From Tubulanus polymorphus (Eukaryota > Animalia > Nemertea), in assembly GCF_964204645.1 (NCBI RefSeq), contig NC_134025.1, positions 4,340,001 to 4,404,000 on the forward strand: a stretch of DNA of 64,000 nucleotides, in the 5' to 3' direction. The position numbers and the translations under genes were made by a program. Positions 1 through 13,600 of the stretch are shown in pieces (position 1 is the stretch's first letter; each line of letters opens with the position of its first letter). The notes beneath the pieces were generated by a model. The model searched no databases, was not told where the DNA came from, and saw nothing but the letters and a program-made list of their open reading frames with translations.

Positions 1-3000
1 AAATGCTCATGACAAAAAAACACTGGCTTAAAATCTACATTTGTGTAATGTTATAACTGGTGTTTTTATGTACTCAAAATGATCACTTGAAAAAAGGGTG
101 CACTTACGAAACGTTTTTGGGGGTGTCATTTTCTATCTGATGGTCAATCACATTGAATACATATTTGAAAATGCACCGGCTCTAAACTTTTTCTCAGGCA
201 GGCAAGACAAATAGATATAAAAACATAGAGGTCCGCGCGCTCTTTGAAGGCATACAAATTAATCAAGAAGACAACAATTTTTGAAGTTGGATATCTGGAA
301 TGTATTCCGTCAACGGCATATATTAGAATAGACAGAGTACAGGCAGGACCAACTGTTCTACTGATTACTTGGGTCAAACAAGGTGTTAAAACTCTTCATA
401 CAAATTACCCTCGTAAAGATACCAAGTTTATACGAGTAATTGTTCAACATCAGTAGAAACATATCCATCACCAGCCGCATCTATGCCTGCTTATCTTTAG
501 TTGGATCTAAAGTTCCACAGCCGCGCTCGCAGTACTTTCATCCTTCCCTTCATTGGAGTTTTTTGGAAGTTTCGTTTTTATGCGTTAATCACTTTTTTGA
601 ATTTGGTTATAAACATATTGAGTCAACGAGTTGAAATTTGGACGGGATGGAATTCTCGTGGAATCCATAAAATAGCTTTCAAAATTCACTCGGTCCAAAA
701 TAAGCCTACTGGTCTTTTATTCAACTCGTTTTTGAACAATAAATTTCAGTCTTTCGAAATTTTTAATGCAAGACCAAGAAAACGTATACATGCATATATT
801 GGCCACGAAATTGATTAATTATGTTGCACTTAGAAGTAGAAAACCTGAGACGACTGGTGACGACAGTAAATGTGGTATCACATTGTTACCTGCAGGGCTA
901 TATGAGCATGGGAAATATTTCTTAGATTTTCACCGAGGCCAAGGTGAAGGAAAATTAACAGGAGCGTCCAATTTATGTTTTTATACGTGTATTGAAAATG
1001 ACCATATAGGCTGGATTCTGGAGAAACATCTCATCATTCGAATACATGAGGTATTCAACCAAAAGCTGTATTTCATATAGTGTTACCCAAGTGGGATACA
1101 TATGGACGATGTGGTCCCCTGATAGTACACAAACTATCGTGTTATTGATTCTCAAAAAAGCACGGACGCAACAAAATATGTTAAGATGTTATAAACGTAA
1201 GTCGAAAGATTTTGAAAAAAATTGATGTAGAAGAGAGGATTTGTGCTATAAGTTAAATAACTTAATCGCATTTATGTTATCGCGGGGTACTGCCATCTTT
1301 ACAATCGAATATGAATCTGTAAGCATGATGATTTCGATGAATCCATTTCTGAATCAGTCAACCAGACGTTTTAATTCTACAAATCTTTACATGCTTTCCA
1401 GTGTTCGAAATGAAATTTCATACGTCCTTGTCAATTCAATAGTTTTCTGTATAGCCTAATCGGTGTCTGAATGAATTTAATATGTTAGATAGATGTGAAC
1501 AATGAAATAAATCGGTAATTTAGATATAGTAGAACCAAAAAAATTGCGAGACTTTTCCCAAAATTCTATAAAATTCCATAAATACTATATAGACTCTTTT
1601 AGGCACATTTTTCCAATTTTTTTTAAATCTCTCGCCGGTTTTTGTGTATCAGCATCAATCCAGTTATTACTATCGTCAATATCTATATCATAACTTACCC
1701 ATGTGTCCGATCATTTGGATAACGATATATTGGTAAGCAAATAATGATCCAGTTAATTTCACCGCTTACAGCCAGCTACTAAAAGTTATAGCGAGTTGAC
1801 TAATTGTTTTAAACGGTTGCTGCTGATTGGTCCATTAACAACAAGTCTATAGACACATCCCATGTGATACTGGATACTTCGCGTTGCTATTGGTTGAATG
1901 AAATTACTGAAACAAGGAAGGAGTAGTTGAAACCTGATAACTATAATGTTTAAACTTTATTTGTTTATCAGAAATTGACCTCAAATTAGTACGTGATTAC
2001 AAATATGGGCCACTTGGAAGACATCTGTTTTATTGTTTTGAAGTATTTATCGTATTTCACGTTCAACTGTCTCATAAAATGTGATATTTATTGAATAATA
2101 CATCCGGGCGCACAGCTGACCCGCGACGCAGTTCCGATGTGTTTATTATACTTAGAGGAATTATTGCAAAGCAAACAATTGTTATTTTCAAAGTTTCAAC
2201 ATTTGAGATTACACATCATTGACATCTCATTCTACTTCAAACGGAAACTAATGCCGCGAGGTTTTCAAGTGTGATTCTTTTTTTTTTAAATCACAACTTG
2301 CTGCTGCCCCAGACCGCGTCATCTGGCATCAGGCAAAGTGTTTTCATCCGCACCATGTTTACAAGTCTTCGACTTCGAGTATAACTTTGCGGCAGACGCA
2401 AAGAAGTGTGAATGTTTTCCATGGTTTTCTTGTAAAATCATTCGAGCGTTATAAAATCTAAACGTCGGGCGCGAGGAGCGAGTCCTGCAAATGATTACGC
2501 GTAACTGAAATTTCGATCTCGAACGCTGTAAGAAGATCCGAGAAAACATTTTCGGATTTATGATATAACCGGTTTTAGTGCTCTAATTATAAAATACTAT
2601 GAAGTCATACACGTTTGAGCATGCATAGAAGGAAAAAGCACTCGCGTGATGAAAAACCGTGCGATCGGGAAGAAGTATGGTTTTACACTAACTCGCCCTC
2701 TAACGGACAATATTAAGCATAGCCACATCGGATTTGTATTCCTTCGTTGTCTGTCCGAGTGTGCTCACAAATTGCTTCCGATGGACACGTCATAAAAAGA
2801 CGTGCAACGAATTTTCATCTCGGGTCCCATCCACTAACAGTCTACGAGCACATTATATACATATTATGTATTGGAGATGATAATGATACAATATAAGCAA
2901 CAAAATGAGACTTTTGGGGATGGGGATGTTAGACTCGGGGATGTCGTGATGTCAGATCAACAATTATAAAAAAACTTTGTACACATATTGATGAATGAAT

Positions 3001-6000
3001 TATATCATATTAAAAATACTTCCCCATCCTCCCTTCAAATATATCAATATATGGCGCTCAATGCCGGAAATAAAATCAAATTAATGACCGTCAAAAATTT
3101 GTATTTTTACGTGATAAACTAAAATATGAGTAACTGAGAAGAAGATCATTGCCTGATAAAATTCCTTTACTCGACTCTACTTATTTCAAGGAAGGTGGTT
3201 GAGAGTTATAGAGTATGAATATATGGGATGTCGGTAAATTACTTGTTGACACATTTCTGTATCACATTAATGTTACCGTGGGATTGTAATAGGAGAATGA
3301 GTGTCGACCCGTCGGTCGGTGCAGTGACATACTGCGCTTCGGATTTCAGTATTAAGCGGATGATGGATAGATCCAGACAGCAGGTAACTGATTGTTGTTA
3401 AGATTCTCGTCGTTCCTCATATATATCCTTAATAGTTAAACAACCTTACATATTGCCTTTCGAGGTAACGATTCAATTATTAAGATTAAACAGATTCAAT
3501 TATTTTCTTATCTTTATTAGCCAATCTGTTAGATTTTCCAAGAGTCTTGTAGTTTGATCAATCGTTCACGTTTTCGTCGACCATTTTTTCGATGTAAAAT
3601 CGTATCTTATCATCACAGAATTGGATTTCATGTAATGAATAGCGTAATATTTGACACTGGGGATATGATATACCACGACACGCGTCTGTTGTTGAATCGT
3701 CATCAAATGCGTAGAAAACAAGTCACCGAAAACCAACGAAACTATATGCACATTTTTTCTAAAGCTCTTGACACGATTTCACCGCTTGCGAATCGATTCT
3801 AACGTCATTGGAAATGCATCGGTTGAAATAGTTGAAAGTGAAATGATGACTATATGGTATAGCTACGAATGATATTGCAAAACAACCGGCATATTATTAG
3901 ATATAGATACAAAACAGTACATGCGAGTATATGAATAATAAAGAAAAAACTACGTTCTCCATTATGAAATAGACATCTCAAATTGTTCCGCAGGGAAATT
4001 CAATTTGATTTTTAGAGCTTCGTAATGACCTTTCTCGTTGTCGAAAATAACTATTTGAAAATATTCTCTGCCACCATTAGAGCCTGGCGGTATTAATTAG
4101 CGTGACATTGTCGGTGAACACGAAAGCTGTTGCGCTAGATTACAACTCGAACGACCATTCTTTACCAGCGACGAGTATAAATCATCGCTATTCATCATTT
4201 ATCGTCAGTTTTTAAGACAGAGCTGTCAATGCGTGGTTTTAGACGATAAGCGGATTGAGTTAATTGTTTATGAATTGAATCAATAAATTGTCAGTCTTAT
4301 AACAGTTAGGGTGGTAATACCCTTACGTAGAATGGACCTGCGTATGTGTAGACCTTATAGGTGCACGCCGATATGAAGGATGCAAGTCTGTCGCAGGTAT
4401 CCGCTCCAAAAACTTCCGAGGATTTCTGAAAAAAGTTTCGACGATTGCGAAGACGATGACGTTGTTGTTTCTCATGTAAGTTTAAGTTGCCGTGTATATG
4501 TACGTGTTTTTGATGTTATTAATACGAAAATAACTTCCCGTTTCTACGGTTATTCTCGGAAGAATCACCACTAATGCGCCTCCAACTGACAATAAAATCC
4601 CTAGAATTAGTGCTTATAGCGACGTCAGCGAACTGAGATATACCCCAGTACTACTACATTTTATGTCTACGCCAGTTTCAGCTAACCGTTAGCTAAAATC
4701 AATCATTTGACAACTCAATTTTCAAATTTCACACTCAAGTGCAATGTTAATCGGGACGATGAAATTAGAAATATACATTGTATGGTACAATGTGACTGGA
4801 GAGGTTAGCACTATTTACTCAGGCCACACATGGGGTGAAGCTGTGGCAGCGTTCTTACCTCCTGAAGGAGCCACGAAATTCAAAACATCGAGTCCCACCT
4901 CTTGTCGTTAGTTGCACGAATCTATCATATATGGTCGGTTCGATGTATTCATCACAGTAGCTCGAATATTTACTAGAATAACTCAAAGCTTTGTTGTCTA
5001 GTTAATGCGATCATGTCAATGCAGTTTCTAATGTTTTTATACACGCCGTCATTACAGCATTCAATCCCACGATGTGGTCATGAACATATCATACTGGATA
5101 CTTTATTATTTTCCAATATCGTATAAGAAAAGATTGATAATACACGAACTGATTTAAAATGATTTATCACGATATTATAAAATCATTTAGAATTAGTATT
5201 TTACATATTCGAATTAACACTTCAGAATCCGGGCATACTACATCATTCACGGGATAGTTGTCTTATATCAGAATTTCGCTCATCATTTTCCTCGATTTAC
5301 TCATTCCCCAATTACTAAAACACCGTAGTCCACATAATTGATACAACTGGGAAAAGAAAAGATGTCAGTTTTTGGTCTCGACCCGATACAGCTTATTAAT
5401 GAGATATGAATCAATGATTGAACACGTGCCTGGAGAACGCGATTTTAGTCTCATTTATCCACGTTACTTCCACAAGTTCGCGCGTGTAACCTCCAAGCGT
5501 AACGATCACCGTGTTTTATCGAATAGGGGAAACATGTCACATTAGCTGGTTTTACTTAACTTCGTCTCTCCTAGCTGATAAATATAATTAGTTATACCCA
5601 ATGGATTCCGACGTAAATGAGTTAATCAACTCGAGTCTGGACTGCTCAGAGGTACAGCAGCTGTTGGTCAAATCAATAGCACCTTCTACCTTTAGCAAAC
5701 CTAACGCATTCACAGTTGACGGCTGGGAACACGTGATGTCACAATGCGTTTATGCTGTTTTGCTCGGATGTCGTCGCCGTCGAAAGCGGTAAGAATTAAC
5801 GATTAACTAATTACAGACAACGAATTTCCTCGCACAATTGAAAATATTCACGATAACATCACAGCATCTGTTTCGAGTCATTTTTATTTTCACGTATACC
5901 GTAACTTTTCACTATTCGGATTTTACAAGTTTCAACGTTAAACGTTAGTTCAAAATGAATAACTACAGCTTTGGTCTTAAACGAATGATTGGTTTAAGTA

Positions 6001-7604
6001 ATAGCCACCTATGCAAATATATTTACATACATTATATGTTTGCATGTAACAATTCATTTGATAAACGCCATATTGTGAAATTTGTAGAATTCATAACGGA
6101 ATTCAAAGCAGCTGCTTGTGCAACGAAATACGATTGTGGCTAATACACGATCAGCGGGGGTCGGAAGATAAACGTCAACAACGAATAGATGAATTTGACG
6201 CAATCTGACATTACGGATGTACAGAAGATTTTACAGATTTACAAATTGGTTTTACAGAAGATCTTAGTTCTGTTTATCACCTGTGACGACAGGGATCTGC
6301 GCAGTATACCTCCTGTAAAAAGATCGCTGGTTTTCAAACGTGTTCTTTCGTCGACATTATTTGATCTTCTTTTACAATGTACCACCGATTTTCGAATCGG
6401 AAGCTCATTTATTAATGATGAATCATTTGTCAATAGTTGGGCGGTAGATAATTGATTATTTATGACGTGTGCTAGTTGGTGAGAATAACTAAATACTCAA
6501 TCTGTGCCAAATGGATGTAATTATATTCCTATTTCAATTTTATACGTTCATGATTTTACATTAAATATGTGTGGAGTGTCAATTAGAAATTTCGTTTCAA
6601 GTAGAAAAAATTCTGTAGTGTTGTAACATATGAACTCATATATACTGGAGCTGTGATTGGCGTTATTGGAAACATTTATATCACCCGGTTTTGATTAAGG
6701 AGGAGAACAATTTAGAGCTTATTTCTGTTTTTAATAAATCGCTTTGTTATATGACCGGACTGCATAACGCAATTTCCTAATTACGTAGGGCTATAAGTTC
6801 TAACCGTTATCGTGGTAGAAACTAGTGAGAGGAAAGTGTTTAGTATAGTCACAATGATTGCTATGATTTTAGAATTCTAAATGATCAGCATCTTTAGGCA
6901 ATAATTCTAGATTTGGTCGTAAGGAGGGAGATATCAGAGTACCCACGACACCGTAACGACTAGTGTGTCACTCCATCGCCTGTTAGGGTCAAATGTCTAT
7001 AAAACTCAGTCAATGATAATCTAAAAGCCAGAATCACTCCTCAAAATATCGATCGATTCGACAAATTGGTTCCTCCGATCTTGGAATAATCAGCCTGATT
7101 ACTCCAAGGTCCGATGGAATCGAAGGATTGAAGTTCGTCATGGGATCAAGTCAAATTAAATTCAGCCATTCAGTCAATCTGGCATGATTGGTTTTATGAC
7201 CCTTGTGAAATTATCCGGTTCTGCCTGAATACCATAATATCCATTACTGTCTACTTCTCTTTCCACTTCCCGTTTCGTGGATTGTCTAAGATTGCTGAGA
7301 CGGGTCGATAATGATGAAGATCGTCGTTCAGTCTTTTTGAAGAAGGTTGTGTTTGTCGTTGGTTAGTGTTGTTGCTAGTTTTGAATGTGGGGACGATGAT
7401 ATTGTCAATGCACGATACTATTCAATTTCGTCCTCGATACGTGTTTTTCAATCACGAATACAAACAAGATAAAAACTGATTTTATCATTCATAACACGAC
7501 TCATTATCATTAGGATAATCGGATGAAATATCAGTATTTCATGATGTAGTCCAGAGATCTATTGAAATGATTGTGAAAGTCTATACATTTTCTAATTATT
7601 TCAG

Positions 7605-10600
7605 ATGCCGACGGAAAGCGACGAATTTGGGAGAACCAGGTAAGGTATTAATTTTGCTAATCTAATATATCACACACCCTTGGGCCGGGAGAGCAGTACC
7701 TGCATTTCTCTCTGTCCTGCAGTTTAAGTTAATTATACGTAAACCCTTTTTTTCGAAGGAAACGTCGGTAAAATAATAATCTAATTTCGAACATTATCAG
7801 TTACAAGATTCCCACTACAGTAGCTCGTTAGCTAGCGGACAATCCCTGAGCTATAACAAATTTCCTCTAACGACCAGATGTGCTCGTTTAAAGCTTCTTA
7901 TGTAGAATTTCACTTATAAGGCCTATACGTATATTTTCTCCGAAATGAAAATCATTAGAATATGCTAGCCTACTTAGGACTGGGTGTCGTAATGTTCAAC
8001 CATTTCATCTGATATCATTTGTGAATATCGTCATGAACATTTGCACATGCCGAAAGAGTGTTTCTGGTACTTCACCATTGTAAGTATTTTTCATCTCGCT
8101 TTCTATTGTTTTAAGAAGAGGAAAACCTGTCCTGGGACGGCAAATATTGATCCCTTGTCGAATACTTGTTAACAGGTGCTTTGACAATATGCAATTTCCA
8201 CCATTTCAACATGTAGAATGTTTCTCATTTCAGTCGCCTCGGTGTGTTCCGTGGATCGAGTGATACCGAACTCTTCAAACCTCAAGGAACGATTCCAACG
8301 CGGCAAAAACATCGCCAACATTCACCCGAACGTCGTAAATATACAGGTGTTCGTAAGCGAGATCACAGCCTACGGGAGTTAAAAAGAAGTTCCGTGAATC
8401 GTACTCGAACTGTAGCAGCCGTCTCTGCGACAGGTTTCGCCGATGACGAGGTATCTTCTAGACCACAAGGCAGGAATAAACGCGCTGTTAAGTCCAGTCG
8501 CTCGATATCAGAACCGGGTCCGAATCCGTATCAGCGAATCAGAACCAGTAAACGAGATTTAGAATCAACGGGCAATTTATTGCGCGATGATCATCATGAC
8601 AGCGAACTAGGGAGGGGATCCACATCAGAGCCTGATGTACGTCGTAAATCATTGAATTTTGACTCAATAAATCTGTCCGCTTCGCATTCTTCTATATCAA
8701 CGACGAAATGGCCAGATCGTAAAAACAGTCGTTCTATCGAACAGACGCAAAGACCTCCGCCAAAATTCGAAATTCCCGAAGTTCGCGTACAACCTCCCAC
8801 GACAGACACCGAATCGGAATCAACTGGAACTGAAACAAAGGATTTGACTCAAACCACTCGATCAATTAGCAATCATAATGATACGTCTCGGACTACATCG
8901 GAACGTGGCCCTTACGAATCAGCAACCAACGAAGTTAGTAACGTCAAATCAGCATATTAGTACATGATGCAGCATTTCTTTATTAGTCGTTCGTTCATCA
9001 TTTCTATTAGGTATTCTACTGCAGCTCAAAAGAGAGCTTGACTCTCACCTTGTCAGGGCAGCTTGTCAGGAATCTCCTACACTCTTCAAAATTCTCACCA
9101 AAGCGCTTATGGGGAGAGTTTTTTTTTTATCCCGCTTTCTAATTAACACTCTTATGTATACAATCTATCATCCGGGTTGTTGATGATATTCAACTAAACC
9201 GAATAGCTGGATATCCTCAGTTGATTGTTCGCCAACTGAATGATTATTTGCTGCGGGATCTTACAAACGATTTGATTTAGAAATATGTAATTATTTCAAT
9301 ACAAACCAGGATGATATATCAAAAACATACCTATTTTGTAATTTTGTATACATATGATATGATGACGATGTCCGCGTCGTTACAGGTACCAAAACTGGAC
9401 ACAACTGCACTCATAGGCGATAAATGTAATATTCCACTGGATAATGAAGTCTCATCGGTAAAAGTAGAACGAAATATTCTAGCCAAATCACTTTCGAGTG
9501 AGAAATCGGGAGAAATCTCTCATAATGCAGATGTTGATAACGATAATGTAGATAAAGCCGAATCAAAGATGGATAAAACAACTAAAGATATTTCTACGGA
9601 AGCTATTAAACAAATAGAGGAGATTGAATCAGATGATGATGATGACATTCTAAATCGTTCAAGACAGGTAAACGTGAATCTATAAAATTTATAGCTCCAA
9701 ATAATAAATGCGATTCCATCTCAAACACATGGAGTATAATTTCACTGAATGATACGCAGTTCACGTATAATTTCTACCTGAAATGAAGATTTTTATAACT
9801 GAATAGGGATTGTAATTACTCAGTCTTTTGTAGGAGGAGGATTTTGAAATAGAATCAAGTGAATTTGTTTTCGACCCAGACGGTAATATTTCGTACTACT
9901 GGATGGTAAGTACGTGTACATAGGTGTTGGGAATGGAAATTCGACTTCGACTTTTGTTCCCGTTGATAAGACGATTTGATTCGATTTCGAATCCCCAGCT
10001 CCCATTTGTTTCACAAATCACAGCATTTTCTGTTTTTCTTCTGGCTCCGTTGAATGTTCGATTAATCTAAAAACAGTCCTAACTTATGAAATTTATTTTC
10101 GATGAAACGTAACACATCATCATACTACATTGTGAAATATATGTAATTAGATTTGCGAGGTATCGGCAAGTCGCATGGATTATACATACTACATTCAAAC
10201 AACATGTTTTTCAATATTCAATAATTGAGATAAGCATTTAAAACAGCTGAACTATTATTGTATTGATTCTTATTGAATACATAGTTGCATTAGATTCCCG
10301 TTTCGAGTACACATCGCAGCTAGAAAATATTTTTGCGCCTTATGAAATATTAATTAGAAACAAGAATGATGATGAAAAATCAATACGCCCTTTATGAAAT
10401 TTCAATTCTGTGTACACCTGGTATATTCCATTACCAGATTTCTACTGTGCTTTCAGGGACTTGTTACTTTGACGGTGATGTATAACTGTTGGATGATCAT
10501 ACTAAGAATTGCTTTTCCAGAAATGCGCGAAGATGTAAGCTCCAACAAATTTATATCAAATAGCGCAAATAATTGAGTACCACGTGTATTAAGGCCAGCA

Positions 10601-13600
10601 TACATTATGAATTCATGTAGTTTATATGACATAAGTAGTCTTACTTAAGGAATAATAATATCATCACAAGTGACACTTATTTGAGACTATTGAAAGTTGA
10701 TGTTCCCCCTCGTATTAAAAGTCGTGAAAAATACGTCATCGTGCTTTTTTTGGTTTTTCAGCTTGTAAACCAAAGAATGTTTAACTTCTTCGACTTGGTT
10801 TGCGATCTATTCTACCTTGCCGATGTCTTCGTTCAGTTGCGTACTGCTTACCTGGAAAACGGAATTTTGGTAAGATAACCGCAGTAATATTGATATTGGC
10901 TTATGCCGTATTTCAAAATGCTGGAATACGTAAAGATTGTACATTGTCCGTGTATCGAAAAATGGTTCTTATTTCGTTCAGGTGCTCGATCCGGTGAAAT
11001 TAAGTCGGAACTACAGGCGGAAACCGGAATTCATACAAGATATGATCGCCATTGCACCAGTAGGAACCCTAGCTACTTTCGTCGCAAGTCAGTGTAAAAC
11101 CATCCTTTCACACAAAAATGTTGAATAGAAATATGGCATGACATTCTTTTAACTTGTATTATAGGGTTTACAGATACTGCTATCATGGATATTGGGGATA
11201 TCGATGGATGTAAGTTGAATATTATGAATCATATTTACTAAAATTATCATTATGTGAACATCTGTTTAGGCGGGAAAGTAGTATTATACAAACTCCGACC
11301 TCTCAAACCTTGAGCGCATTTATAAAGTGGGTGTCAACTTCTCTCAATGATATTTTGAAATTTGAAAACCCTGGACAAGAGTCTTATTTTTCTCGAGGAT
11401 TTCATATCTGTCATAATCACGCTTTTAATTCTCTTTTTTTCATAGCTGATGTCTATATACCAATTGTCCGAATTCCAAGACTGCTGAAGGTGTCTACTGT
11501 CGGTAGATTTTTCGATATTTCAGACAGTCGCACAAGTAACCCTAATATAATCAGAGCGATGAAACTGTCAATGTATCTAACTTTGGTCATTCACTGGATA
11601 GCTTGTTTTTATTATATGGTATCGCTTGTAAGTGAACTCTTCATCGCTTCTTACGATTAGATGAGCTCCAAGCGATTACCTCGGATTATTTGCCTTCTCT
11701 TGCAGTACGAAGGATTGGGCAGCAATGATTGGGTGTACCCTAATAAAACAGAAGACCTGGTATTCAGAAGGTAGGGCGAAATAATCAAACATCATAGTCC
11801 ATGGTGTCTGTCAAAATAAGTTCTGATTCAAAATTCAGAAGAAAATTTTCGGAATTTCGGAGTGCAATGTACTTGCATAACGACATTGTTCATGCTTATA
11901 TAACACGTAAATCTGCCCATTATATATTTGCAGAAAATACGTGTTATGTATCTACTGGGCAATGATGACTTTGACGACGATCGGGGAGACTGCTGGTCCA
12001 ACGACTGATCTTGTAAGTTTTTGTTTTTCTGTTTCAGCACGTATATACGAACTCTTTATTGGGCAACTATGACCCTTACTACCATCGGTGGTACTAATGT
12101 ACCTGTCACTACAATAGTGAGTATCTATATTGTTTAGTTAGGTTATCGTTGACTGTTTTGATATTGGGATTGGATTCTTTGAGTGCCCGACACTTTATTT
12201 GACGTGATGAAGTAGACACTTATTTCCGACACATTAGAACATCAACCGCTCAACGACTACTTTCAGGAATATATCTTCACTGGTGTTACGTTCCTCATCG
12301 GCGTTTTCGTTTTCGCCGCCGTTGTGGGTAACGTTGGCGACGTCATCAGCAATATGAACGCTGCCCGTCAAGAGTTTCAGTCGAGGATGGACCAGATAAA
12401 ATTCTATATGAATCATAGACGAGTACCAGAAGTATTGCAGAACCGAGTCAAACGATGGGCCGATTATTCCTGGTCGAGGTATGCCTCGACACAACCACAG
12501 CCGCTGAACATACGTGAATAATTTAAATTACCCGTGAACGTATTTTAATGAACCTACTGTTGAAGATACATACATATACTGAAAATCTAACATGAATTAT
12601 TTAGAATGAATTTTTGAGGCGTAGTCTATATACAATCGTATTTGGGTGTTTGTTTGTAGAACTCAGGCGATGGATGAAATATCTATGCTTGAAATGTTGC
12701 CAGAGAGAATTCGGACAGAAATAGCTATACACGTCCATCTCGAGACTCTTAAGAAGGTACCGCTATTTCGCTGATAGCCTATTGTTATATCATCGTTAAA
12801 AGCTAATGTCATTCTCACGCGATCGTCACTATTTTCCGAGCGCTCTAAGTCCACCCTCTGAATAGTAATGATTGCGTATGATGTTTTTAAGGTGAAGATT
12901 TTCGAAGAGTGTGAAATCGGTTTATTACACGAACTCGTGCTGAAATTACGAGCTCAGATTTATTCACCTGGTGATTACATTTGTAGAACTGGAGAAATCG
13001 GTAGATAGTTTTTAAAGGACATTTTTGAAGACTTTTTCTCGTAGCAAATCATGACTGCGTAGGCCTATATATAGTTTATACTTCGTTTCAGGGAGAGAAA
13101 TGTATATAATTAATCACGGCAAAGTAGAGGTACGCGAACCGGAATTGTTCGGTATGAATTTCATAAATTCGATCTAACCATATGATCTAACATTCGTTTC
13201 ATTGAAGATCCTCGTTAACAACTCGACCGCACCGGGAGGAAAGATGGTAGTTGCCAGTTTATCGGAAGGAAATTATTTCGGGGAGATTAGTTTGCTTAAA
13301 TTGGATTCTGGACAGAATAAGTATGTGCTCTTTCATCAACTAACGCAAAATCTATCAAATAAAAGCATCTTAATGAACGGGATTATTTTGTAGACGAACA
13401 GCTGATGTGAGATCTGTTGGATATTCCGAACTATTGGTTCTGTCTAGACGGGATTTGATGAGTGTAAGTATCACATGTGTATATTCGATTAATACACTAT
13501 CGACTGTTTTCAGTACAATTTCTAAATTCTTGATTTTGAATTTTCTAGGCCCTTGTCGAGTATCCTGATGCAAAACAAATATTAGAAGCACAAGCTCGAG

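Noticed and set aside
144-1459. Cluster of short overlapping ORFs that looks like decayed coding sequence
   Set aside because: All frames I translated are broken by stops, and I could not recognise a domain or splice pattern. A tBLASTx or repeat-library search would be needed.
9011-9120. Open stretch after a tag acceptor in a CNG intron
   Set aside because: No convincing donor and no channel homology.
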